The position numbers and the translations under genes are program-made. DNA of 63,795 bases, filler included, from Octopus bimaculoides (taxonomy: Eukaryota), in the NCBI RefSeq assembly GCF_001194135.2. It is 6 parts of 6 records of this genome, joined end to end, with 100 filler letters (N's around TTAATTAATTAA, not from the genome) between each part and the next. Parts side by side here need not be neighbours in the genome. Positions count along the whole stretch, not along the records: positions 1 to 15,008 come from NC_068989.1; positions 15,109 to 38,332 come from NC_068985.1; 4 more parts are not named here. One strand, written 5' to 3'. The notes below the pieces were generated by a model. The model ran no database searches. It had not been told where the DNA came from and saw only the letters and a list, made by a program, of their open reading frames with translations. This document shows positions 12,870 through 22,536 of the stretch, piece by piece; positions within the stretch are counted from its first letter, which is position 1, and the number at the start of each line of letters is the position of its first letter.

Positions 12870-13430
12870 AGTCCCTATGTTCAAATTCTGCCGAGGTCGA
12901 CTTTGCCTTTCATCCTTTCGGGGTCGATAAATTAAGTACCAGTTGTGTACTGTGGTCGATATAATCAACTGGCCCCCTCCCCCAAAATTTTGGGCTTTGT
13001 TCTTAAGGTAGTAAAGTATCCACGTTCATTTTAAGGCAGCGAGCGGGCAGAATCGTTAGCACGCCGGACGAAATGCTTAGCGGTATTTCGTCTGTCTTTA
13101 CGTTCGATGTGATCGACTTAATCCCTTTGTCTGTCCTAGTTACGCACTGGGGTCGACGTAATCGACTTAATCTCCATGTCTGTCCTTGTTTGTCCCCTCT
13201 ATGTTTAGCCCCTTGTGGGCAATAAAGAAATAAGAATCGTTAGCACACCGGGCGAAATACTTAGCGGTATTTCGTCTGTCGTTACGTTCTCAGTTCAAAT
13301 TCCACGGAGGTCGACTTTGCTTTTCATGCTTTCGGGATCGATAAATTAAGTACCAGTTGCGTACTGAGGTCGATCTAATCGACTGGCCCTGTCCCCCCAA
13401 ATTTCGGGCCTTGTGCCTAGAGTAGAAAGC
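12870..13430 (+). mobile_element. Cluster of nested/tandem SINE family B copies with two alternative 3' tails
   Basis: Bodies end either in GACTGGCCCCCTCCCCCAAAATTT..CCTTGTGCC or in GACTTAATC..GTCTGTCCTTGTTTGTCCCCTCTATGTTTAGCCCCTTGTGGGCAATAAAGAAAT. Confidence 0.85.
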
Positions 13431-13683
13431 AATAAAACAGTCCCTATACTAATGTTCGGCTCGTTAAATCTCCTTCAGTGTTACTGGGTAACAATGTTAA
13501 GTATGGATCATGATACCGGCTAATTTAGTCGTGAATAGACGGGGACAAAGGTCACAGCTGGAACACTTGTCGAACGTTATTAATTTCAGCGCATAATCAC
13601 CACTCTACCGTTACCCAAACCTATCACCATCATCACTAGAAACATTCGATTAGCTGGTCTGCGTGGGGAAAAATTTATTTCCT

Positions 13684-13840
13684 AGTGGCTGTGTGGTAAG
13701 TAGCTTGCTCACGAACCACATGATTCCAGGTTCAGTCCCACTGCGTGGCACCTTGGGCAAGTGTCTTCTACTATAGCCTCGGGCCGACCAAAGCCTTGTG
13801 AGTGGATTTGGTAAACGGAAACTGAAAGCAGCCCGTCGTA

Positions 13841-13875
<35 letters not shown>

Positions 13876-14276
13876 NNNNNNNNNNNNNNNNNNNNNNNNN
13901 NNNNNNNNNNNNNNNNNNNNNNNNNNNNNNNNNNNNNNNNNNNNNNNNNNNNNNNNNNNNNNNNNNNNNNNNNNNNNNNNNNNNNNNNNNNNNNNNNNNN
14001 NNNNNNNNNNNNNNNNNNNNNNNNNNNNNNNNNNNNNNNNNNNNNNNNNNNNNNNNNNNNNNNNNNNNNNNNNNNNNNNNNNNNNNNNNNNNNNNNNNNN
14101 NNNNNNNNNNNNNNNNNNNNNNGTATTTTCGTCCCCGTAACTTAACGGTTCGGCAAAAGAGACCGATAGAATAAGTACTAGGCTTACAAAGAATAAGTCC
14201 TGGGGTCGATTCGCTAGATTAAAGGCGGTGCTCCAACATGGCCACAGTCAAATGACTGAAACAAGTAAAAGAGTAA
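13684..14276 (+). mobile_element. SINE family A, near full length (gap in central microsatellite)
   Basis: tRNA-like head GTGGCTGTGTGGTAAG..GGTTCAGTCCCACTG, central (TA)n, tail GGCGGTGCTCCAACATGGCCACAGTCAAATGACTGAAACAAGTAAAAGAG. Confidence 0.9.
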
Positions 14277-14309
14277 CCGTATGGTTCTGCGTTCAGTCCC
14301 ACTGCACGG

Positions 14310-14556
14310 TGTAGAGCAGAATTCATGACAGACGAACTGTAGACAGGAACTTCGCTGCGGGCTAGCTAGGGAGCTGGTCTGCAGCAAAGTGGACTTCTGA
14401 GAGAGAAGAGAAGCAAAATAATGGAAGCAGTAAGCGTTAAGTGAATTCTAATTAATTAAACAGAAATAACTAGTGACTTAAGCCCTGATTTACGTAAAGT
14501 AATAAACTTTTGATAAACACATTCTCGTATTCACTAGCTTATTTGAGTGTAGCTTA
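14310..14556 (+). mobile_element. Solo-LTR-like insertion (247 bp) with 4-bp TSD ACGG
   Basis: Starts TGTAGAG, contains AATAAA near 14501, ends GTAGCTTA (one change from the canonical CA end); ACGG at 14306-14309 and 14557-14560. Confidence 0.65.
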
Positions 14557-14640
14557 ACGGCACCTTGGACAAATGTCTTCTACTAAAGGCCCGGATCAAT
14601 CAAACACTTGTGAATGGATTTGGTAGGCGGAAACTTAAAG

Positions 14641-14870
14641 CCGGCGAGCTGGCAGAAACGTTAGCACGACGGGCGAAATGCTTAGCAGTATTTCGTCTGT
14701 CTTTACGTTCTGAGTTCAAATTCCGCCGAGGTCGACTTTGCCTTTCATCCTTTCGGGGTCGATAAATTAAGTACCAGTTACGCATTGGGGGTCGATGTAA
14801 TCGAATAATCCCTTTGTCTGTCCTTGTTTGTTCCATCTATGTTTAGCCCCTTGTGGGCAATAAAGAAATA
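14641..14870 (+). mobile_element. Full SINE family B copy with 12-bp TSD
   Basis: GGAAACTTAAAG at 14629-14640 and 14871-14882. Confidence 0.9.
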
Positions 14871-14889
14871 GGAAACTTAAAGAAGCATG

Positions 14890-14928
<39 letters not shown>

Positions 14929-15008
14929 GGTGCGTGTGTATCTTGTGTTTGTTCCCACCACCACACCGCTTCTCAACCGGTACTGGTTTGTCTATGCCGT
15001 CGTAACTT

Positions 15009-15108
15009 NNNNNNNNNNNNNNNNNNNNNNNNNNNNNNNNNNNNNNNNNNNNTTAATTAATTAANNNNNNNNNNNNNNNNNNNNNNNNNNNNNNNNNNNN
15101 NNNNNNNN
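15009..15108. other. Assembly gap spacer: 44 N + TTAATTAATTAA + 44 N (same 12-mer between N runs also near 38377, 59081, 60279, 62547)
   Basis: Identical 12-mer, which gives stop codons in all six frames, embedded in N runs five times; an artificial linker. Confidence 0.9.
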
Positions 15109-15357
15109 GACTGGCTTGTGCGGGTGGCACATAAAAGACACCATTTCGAGCGTGGCCGTTTTCGTGCGGGTGACACGTAAAAGCACCCACTACACTCTCT
15201 GAGTGGTTGGCGTTAGGAAGGGCATCCAGCTGTAGAAACTCTGCCAAATCAGACTGGAGCCTGGTGTTGCCATCCGGTTTCACCAGTCCTCAGTCAAATC
15301 GTCCAACCCATGCTAGCATGGAAAGCAGACGTTAAACGATGATGATGATGATGATGA
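15109..15357 (+). mobile_element. SINE/LINE-tail family C ending in (GAT)n
   Basis: AAAGCACCCACTACACTCT..GGTTGGCGTTAGGAAGGGCATCCAGC..CCAACCCATGCTAGCATGGAAAGC..GTTAAACGATGATGAT; second copy at 37153-37318. Confidence 0.85.
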
Positions 15358-16435
15358 TCACTGAAATCTCAAAGCTACAACATAATTCAAAACAATGCGA
15401 ATAAATAAACATTGCATTTGACAAAGTAATCTGAATGTTGAAGAGTTAACGCAGCAGCATCACAATAATAATTTAATGTTATTGGCAGAAGCATGATTCC
15501 CAACTACATGGTTTCAGGCTCAATCCCACTATGCAGTACTTAGTTTTCTTTCATAACCTTGCACTTTATGAAAACCTTGTAAGTGAAATTTAACTGAAGT
15601 AAATTGCTTGGAAGCTGTCAGAAGGCCTATTCTTGTCTTGGGCTGGCAAACTAAGTCCACTGCAGCTTAATACCCCTCACTTGGCTCTTAAGTGACATTA
15701 GCAGAGTCCACTTGGTTGCAAAGATTTAAGTTAGGCTTCAGGTTTGCAGGCAACTTTGTATCAGTATTCACATGTAGAGGCTCTCAAATGAGCCATAGGC
15801 ACTCACCTTCCTCCTCTAAATTGTTAAGGAAAAAACGTTTGTGTAAAATGAGTAAGGATAGCATTATAAGTATGCATTCAAATAACTGGTATTGAAACAG
15901 ACCCAGACCACAAGTAAAAAGAAATTATAGAAATTTGTCAAATATTGAAGAAATAGATATTAAAAATACATTTGGTTTGCTTTGTAACAAACTAGGTCTA
16001 GGATATCTGTAAAAATATATATCTTCTTATGTCTTAGTATTAAGTCAGTTAAGCTAAAGTGATTTCCAGTTGTCTTATATCAAATTTAAACACAGCAGCA
16101 ATTTCTACCATAAAGTTTACATTTAACCCTTTAGTATTCAAACAGGCCATATCCAGCCAAAATATTCCCCCAGTTTTATATTGAAAGTGAGCAGATCAGG
16201 CCTCTCACACCTACCCTACGATGTCATTTTAAAACTAAACAATCACATAATTGAAATCTCTAAACTACAAGACGATGGATGATTAATTCAGCACAAAATA
16301 AATAAACAAGCATCGTTTTTGCCAGAATAATCTGAATACTAAACGGTTGATCTACAATGGAGACAAAAATGTTAACGGAGCGAGAGATTTACAATCAGCC
16401 TAATTTGAAATAGGACAGGTATTTTTAATCTTTAC

Positions 16436-16530
16436 CTGGATAGCTGGGCTGTTGATCTGCAGTGATTCTAAAGCAACCACAGTGAAAACACACGTCTTGC
16501 CAGTTCCAGCTTTGGCTTGGACAATTAAAT
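16436..16530 (-). CDS. DDX20: DDX20/Gemin3 DEAD-box helicase coding exon 2 (95 nt; Walker A motif)
   Basis: TTTTCTCTAG acceptor, (D)[34 protein letters not shown]|GTAAAG donor; splices in frame with exon 1 (196+95=291 nt). Confidence 0.95.
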
Positions 16531-16649
16531 CTAGAGAAAAAGAAAAAGAATTAATGATCAAAGAAAGACTTGAAACTGAAATATTTGAAAACACGAAATA
16601 ACAGAAAATTGCATAAAAATCAATCAGAACACAGCATTGCTGTTTTGCC

Positions 16650-16815
16650 TCAAGTCAACCTTACTTGTCTAGGTTTATGCACAAAGGTATTCCAGTCAAA
16701 ACAACCACAACTTTTTAGGGATATGTACGACATTATAAAACTTTAAGATAGTAGGATATGATTTGAGGGAGACTTGGCTGCTATTTTTAGCATGTCAAGC
16801 AACTACGTAAAAGAT
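16650..16815 (-). repeat. Dispersed repeat family E (also about 18805-18895 minus, 19145-19313 plus, 31410-31620 plus)
   Basis: Shared CTAGAAATAGCAGCCAA..CCCTCAAATCACA..CTTAAAA and GGCTGACCT blocks. Confidence 0.55.
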
Positions 16816-17565
16816 TCTTTTGTTAGCTTATATAAATATACTGTACTCTTTTTACGGTTCAATGTAGGTATAAAATAGCAATATGTTCCAAAATATAAGT
16901 TAACTAGTCGATTAAATTAAAAGAACCATTATTTATTTATGGAAAATAAGATTAAAAAGTCGGATACCACTTGGGAGTATGAGTGAAAATATTTCCACAG
17001 AAGTACCTAATAAACATCGATCATTTTTTCGTAAAAGTAATTGGCTTAAATTTATCTTTAATTCAGGGAGCAGCTAAGTTCTGATTATGCTTAAAAGAAC
17101 AAAAGCATTCAATAATGAAAGTAAAACGAAAGGAAGTGCCGATGTACCATAATGCAATCATTTCTTCCTCTAAAAAGAAGCCCACAGCATTTAAAAATTT
17201 TAATAGGTGTACGAGTGATAAATGTGGTCTTTTCACTTAGCTAAGAGAGCACCAATTCCAAACAAAATCTAACTGAGACCATGATGATCCGTTCATCTCA
17301 GGCCAGCATGTGGACGTGAAATGATGAAAGTAGGGTGAATTGATGATGAGCGATAAATTAAGTTTCCTAGTATTTAGTTTGAGACTTATTTGCATTCAAA
17401 TTCTGCCTTAGCCAACCTGGTGTTTTTGTTTATGGTGACTGGAAGACATGCGTATCTTCCTATAGGAAACCTTTTGTGCTACTTTATAATAGTAAAAAGA
17501 AATATGTATGGTTTAACAAGTATTCTGTGAAAAATAGTTAATAACCAAATTAATTCATAGCTTAC

Positions 17566-17761
17566 CTAAACCACATCTTCCCAGTGGAATGGACTTCAGC
17601 TGGATAGGCGAGGGTTTGACGAAACCCGAATTCTGAAGCCCTTTCAGGACATTGTCCGACAATAACAACCCTTCAAATGTGACATCTTCAGTTATCGCTA
17701 TGTCTGCGGTACGAAATACTGCAGAATTACTCACATTATGAGCCACTTTGCGAGGCAGCAT
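17566..17761 (-). CDS. DDX20: DDX20/Gemin3 coding exon 1 (Q motif)
   Basis: [65 protein letters not shown] then G|GTAAG. The GFxKPSPIQ Q motif followed by [20 protein letters not shown] is the DDX20 signature as I recall it. Confidence 0.95.
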
Positions 17762-18070
17762 TGCTTTACATAAACGAAGGAAATAAAAATGAAAGTGCGC
17801 AGAATGACGTATCTCTTTGGATTAGATTAAAAGAAATAATAAAGCCGAAAATTAACAGTGAAACGGTTTACTAACACGACTGAACTATCGAGAACATGCT
17901 TATTAAAGGGAGAGCACTATATTTGCTCAAGCCGGGTGATATCTAGAGCTAAGCTTATTTTAATTTTCGTATCTATTTCGTAACTTACTCTTTGCTTTGT
18001 TTTCCGGTTGACGTATTTTTTGGTGTTTTCAAAGTAAATACTCTCTTTTAATTCATTGTTCCGCCCCTGG
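17762..18070 (-). promoter_or_regulatory. Probable DDX20 5' UTR and proximal promoter
   Basis: Unique, CpG-retaining sequence upstream of the ATG with TTCCGG (ETS-like, 18002-18007), TGACGT (CRE-like, 18009-18014) and CCGCCC (18061-18066). Confidence 0.4.
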
Positions 18071-18256
18071 TCATCTTTAGGGATCTATCATATTCATCAC
18101 ACACAAGTGAGTGGACAAACGAAAGAAAGAGGCTCTCAACACATTTGGTAGGAGTGACATATTATTTAAAACAGTTTGATTTGCCCCTAATCGGTTAACT
18201 CAAACGAGCTAGGTTGCTGTAAGAAACCAACGAAATAGGGCCGAATCAAACTGCTT

Positions 18257-18303
<47 letters not shown>

Positions 18304-18305
<2 letters not shown>

Positions 18306-18599
18306 AAAGACCTGGAAATAGAGGTAACTCGAATGTGGAATCTAAAAACAGAAACAATTCCTATCATAGTAGGTGCCTTAGGTATAATAAAAAAATATTC
18401 AGACAAATACATAACAAAAACACCAGGATTTACAAATATATATAACATACAGAAAATTGCACTACTGGGCACTGCACACATCCTACACAAAACACTTTCA
18501 ATACAGTAAACATAAGAGCACCACAGCACATACCCAAGGCGCACACAGCTGCGCTCGGTAGTGAAGTGAAAGCACGTTATAAAAATAAAACTACTGAAC
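18304..18599 (+). mobile_element. 3' end of R4/Dong-like (RLE-type) non-LTR retrotransposon inside (AAT)n
   Basis: Intact 66 codons from 18309: DLEIEVTRMWNLKTETIPIIVGALGIIKKYSDKYITKTPGFTNIYNIQKIALLGTAHILHKTLSIQ*; PIIVGALG is the C-terminal restriction-like endonuclease motif; (AAT)n on both sides. Confidence 0.9.
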
Positions 18600-18619
18600 A
18601 ATAATAATAATAATAAATT

Positions 18620-18780
18620 CGTTTTATTGGCCACAAGGGCTAATATATTAAAAACATATAAGGACAAAGACAGGACGAAGGTTACAAACGGTTTTGTCCG
18701 AAAAGGTAGGAAAGTTCGTCTAAACAGAGGAAGAAAACGGAGAAAGATATAATAACAACAACAACAATCATAATAACGTG
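18620..18780 (-). mobile_element. 3' tail fragment of a Tx1-like LINE or SINE-B tail 2
   Basis: Minus strand CCTGTCTTTGTCCTTATATG..TTAGCCCTTGTGGCCAATAAAAC resembles 6230-6273 and 13190-13230. Confidence 0.5.
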
Positions 18781-18932
18781 TGTGTGTACATTGCCTGATG
18801 TAAATTTCCTGTTTTAAGATGGCAGGATTTGATTTGAGAGAACTTGACTGCTATCTCTAGCAAGCCAATCGACCGCCTGAGGAGCTCCTTCACTGATTTC
18901 TCTCTCTTTTAATATATGTATATGTGATTACT

Positions 18933-19130
18933 AAGGCGGCGTGATGGCAGATTCCTTAGCGCTACGAGCAAAACGCTTAGCGGCATTTCGTCCGTCTTTG
19001 CGTCCTGAGTTCAAATTCCGCCGAGGTTGACTTTACCTTGCTTCCTTTCAGGGTCGATGAACACTGGGATCGATGTAATCGACTCACCCGCTTCTCTGGA
19101 TTTGATGACTTTGTGCCAAAATTTGAAAAT
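18933..19130 (+). mobile_element. SINE family B copy
   Basis: AAGGCGGCGTGATGGCAG..CTTAGCGGCATTTCGTCCG..GAGTTCAAATTCCGCCGAGGTTGACTTT. Confidence 0.8.
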
Positions 19131-19412
19131 GATGTATGTGATTACTCGACCTGCGAGAAATAGCTACCAAATTTCCCTCAAATCACAACGTCCCTTCTTA
19201 AAAAGAAGGAAGAACATTTTCTATAATCCTTTCTTTGATACATTAATAAGTTGAGATTGTCATGGTTGGAATGCTTTGATCATAGGTTTGTTTAGTCAGG
19301 CTGACCTCTATCTAGTTATGACCAAGTAGCAACACCCGCTCTTTTGTGTCAGTGAGACCGAGGTGCAACACACTCTTTTACGTCAACCATGACCAAGTGC
19401 AGCACTTTCCTC

Positions 19413-20081
19413 GGATCTTGTTCAAAACAGGGGCACCAGTATTTTCTTAACGAAACACTTTGAAACTTGGAACACTGGTAGAATGTGTCATATAAAACAT
19501 CTTTTTCTCTTAGTCTTCTTAAGAAAAATTATTATATTGCAATTTATTTCATGTTAAAGTTGTCGTATTTCTGTAATTTCAACCAATGACTGACGTCCAT
19601 TCAGCCGAATACATTAAGTGCTGACTACGTAAACAAACGATTCTCAAACGATTCTGGCGGTGATAAAACTATTATTTCCTTGTCAAAAAATGGCTGAAGC
19701 ATATTGGCAGTAGCTAATAAACCTTTCTATTATAGGTACAAGGCCTGGTTTTTGAGGGAAGGAGCAAGTCAATTAGGGTTAGGGAAAACGAACACACGTG
19801 TGTTGCCTCTCTGTAAAATGTCAGAAGTAATGGAGATTAAATACGCTTTACACCGCTTAAACTGCCAAAGGAGTAACTGTAAACAGCTGAATACTTGTCA
19901 GTGATTGGTTGAAATTATCGAAATAAGACAATTTTTTACATGAAATAAATTCGAATACAAAAATTTTTTTCTGTTCTATAACACAAAATAGATAAGTATA
20001 CGAAGTTTGAAAGTCTTTCCGTACCAAAAACACTACATAAAACATAAATGAAAACTGGTGCCCCCGTTTTGAACTAGATCC
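19413..20081. mobile_element. Non-autonomous TIR element (669 bp) with 8-bp TSD; Merlin-like by GG termini and TSD length
   Basis: TIRs GGATCTTGTTCAAAACAGGGGCACCAGT and GGATCTAGTTCAAAACGGGGGCACCAGT (2 mismatches in 28); CTTTCCTC at 19405-19412 and 20082-20089. Superfamily assignment is inference. Confidence 0.85.
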
Positions 20082-20289
20082 CTTTCCTCAGCCGCAAGAA
20101 AGACGATACCACCTTTATCCTTTCTTCCTTTCTAGTCAACACCGTGCATCCCTTACTCTTTCACTCTCTACTGACAGACAACTTTCTTCTACACTATCAA
20201 CTACTAATCAGCGAGCCAACCTTGTCACTGCCACTGAAATTGCAACTGTCTCTCTAACTACCTGTCGGGCAAACGAATAAATATTATCT

Positions 20290-20967
20290 ACGAAACATAT
20301 AAAGATGGCGATGAAGAAGAAAAAAGTGAAAGAGTCTATAACCATCGAAGTGAAAAGTTCATAGACACAAGAAAAATAATACCAGTTCGTAATCAATAGT
20401 ACACGGTCGTTGAAATACTGTATCAAGAAGTCGCGGCCATGATGCTGAGCCGATTACAGGTACATGTCATACGTGAAGTCGTGGCTGTGATGCTGCTACT
20501 TGAGTCACTTGTACAGGAGTTCATACAGGTTGTATATTCGCCGTTGATCCGTGGTGAAATAATTCACGAGCAGTGAACTGTTGGAACCTGGGTGAATTGC
20601 TTGTTGAGCTGTGTACGTAGAGAGATGATGTTGACGACGTTAAGAACATGATAGTAGCGATGAAGAAGGAAATTACTGTAATGCTGTTGGACGAAGTTAG
20701 GGAGTCTCAACGTAGCTGCTATGGTGATAGTATTGTCTGGCATTGTCGTTGGAACTGGCTGTCTTTGTGGTCAGTGGCTACTCCTTAAAAGGGCCTCCGA
20801 ATGGTTATACACGGCAAGTTGGCGCGGCAGAGTAAGAGACAAATTGCGCCAATACCAGTAGTGGATACAACGGGATCCAAACAGCGGCCAAAGGCTAGCT
20901 TTTCCCTGCTACGTTCGAATGCACTTATGTATAATAAATGGAGAGAGAAGTATTTCACTACGCTACT
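20290..20967 (-). mobile_element. Long LTR-like unit, copy 1 (homologous to 24453-25680)
   Basis: Minus strand starts AGTAGCGTAG just after a PPT-like GGTGAGGGG (20972-20980); colinear homology with copy 2 over about 0.7 kb. Its far end may extend to about 19314 and is uncertain. Confidence 0.6.
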
Positions 20968-21120
20968 GAGAGCCCCTCACCAGTCATTTTGTGGGAGACA
21001 AAACACACGATAAAAGGAAGATATATCTGTAGCGAAGAGATGAAATTAGAAAGAACGATTGGTCATTAAATTAAAATGAAAGCTGGCACTGAACAAAGAA
21101 TTTGAAGATCTTTATTTCTG

Positions 21121-21270
21121 ACAGGATCACAACTTAGTAATGGAGTAACCGAGCCATGGTTCTTGACGGGGTCACTAATTTGTAATGGAGTGACCGTGTA
21201 TGCGTATTCTAAGTCGGGTCAGCAATTTGTAATGGAGCGTGGTTGCGTGTTCTAAGTCGAGTCACCAATT
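21121..21270 (-). repeat. Tandem array of four LTR-end/PBS junction units (43-47 bp)
   Basis: Minus strand: TTACA-AATTGGTGACTCGACTTAGAA, CTCCATTACA-AATTGCTGACCCGACTTAGAA, CTCCATTACA-AATTAGTGACCCCGTCAAGAA, CTCCATTACTAAGTTGTGATCCTG. Confidence 0.75.
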
Positions 21271-21456
21271 TGTAAGGGTCCGTAGGATGTGAGGTGACGA
21301 GAATGGCTCTTTTGTACCACACCACACGACTGTTGCAATAAAGAGAAATTGGAATAGTATAAATAAAGTGTCAGAGGGTCGCTGTTCCCTGCTACGTTCA
21401 AATGCACGTATATATAATAAATGGGAGAGAGATATTTCACTCAAGTCTACGCCACA
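21271..21456 (-). mobile_element. Short LTR (186 bp, TG...CA) followed by a PBS
   Basis: Minus strand TGTGGCGTAGAC...GGACCCTTACA then AATTGGTGACTCGAC; the first ~75 nt are homologous to the starts of the units ending at 20967 and 25680. Confidence 0.7.
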
Positions 21457-22430
21457 AATGATATTGGGTAACAATAGCTTTACTTTAAATCACAAGAAAT
21501 GTATTTTTGATGCGAGATAGAATATTTTGGCTTTGTTGTGTCAAGCCAGTAAGTTAATCCAACGCTGGATATATTTAATGCTGCCACTCACTTTAAACAT
21601 CCAACGACACTAATCGAATTCAGAAGTTAAGGTTGAGTTTATTTAACTTCTTTGGTTGTCTCATAGTATTCTAACCTTTTGCCTCTCTTGTGGCATCCAT
21701 GCAATATATGTATATGACACACATTCCCAATTTTTTTCAGCAACCAGGACAACTTGGGAGTTATGAAAAGAAAATGCTGTTATTATTCAGAGCGTATGAA
21801 ACAAGGTCTAACTGAATGATTGAAAACAGTGGACGTTTAGGACAAACTTATGAAAATGCTTTGGAAATGCAATGGATTAAGTCATTAAGACAGACATACT
21901 AAGGAAAATGACGAGAGAGAGGAGGGAAAGGATGAGACAGAGTTAAAACAATGTGTAACATCATATACATTATCTCACTTCGAAACAAGACAGGAAGTTC
22001 TATGTTAATGCTAGTTTTGGTACAACTTAACTTCTCAAACGAATTTCGCGTTATTACTTATGTATGCAAGACATTTTCAAAAATCGAATTGTCAAACTAA
22101 AAAACATGTACAATTCTATATTTGTGAGACGAGGAATTTATATTATGCATATTGTTTATATTAGTCGGACTGGTATCTTCATCTTGACTGATGATTTCAC
22201 TATGTTTCGGCTATTCTTCATGTATCTTGTGTTGAACTCGGTTGTTGCATCGGAATTTCTAACCTAATCCTTAATTTGATCCACTGAGGTACACTATTCT
22301 CATTCCGCTCTCTGCGTTACGTGACATTTTTGGCTTCAGTTGATTTTGTGATAACTACCTTAATTAATGCCTTACTCTGAATTGAACTCAGAACCTCTAG
22401 GTGACTGCACTGCATTGACCAACGTTTTTA

Positions 22431-22536
22431 TCTTTCCGCATGAAAAGACACTTTAATATTAATTAGTGAAAAGGGAGAGCTTTCGCCAAGAATACTTTGT
22501 TGAAGAGTTAGAATGATGTTAAACGAATACCAATAA
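22431..22536 (+). repeat. 106-bp near-perfect direct repeat, second copy 23469-23574
   Basis: TCTTTCCGCATGAAAAGACAC...AAACGAATACCAATAA; two substitutions seen. Confidence 0.9.

Larger units (their letters stand above)
14277..15008 (+). mobile_element. SINE family A copy split by two later insertions
   Basis: Removing 14310-14560 and 14641-14882 restores GTTCAGTCCCACTGCACGGCACCTTGG..GGAAACTTAAAGAAGC..(TG)n. Confidence 0.8.

Noticed and set aside
21121-21270. CRISPR-like repeat-spacer appearance
   Set aside because: Eukaryotic context, no cas genes, spacers only 12-16 nt and two resemble each other; the repeat is an LTR-end/PBS junction, reported as such.
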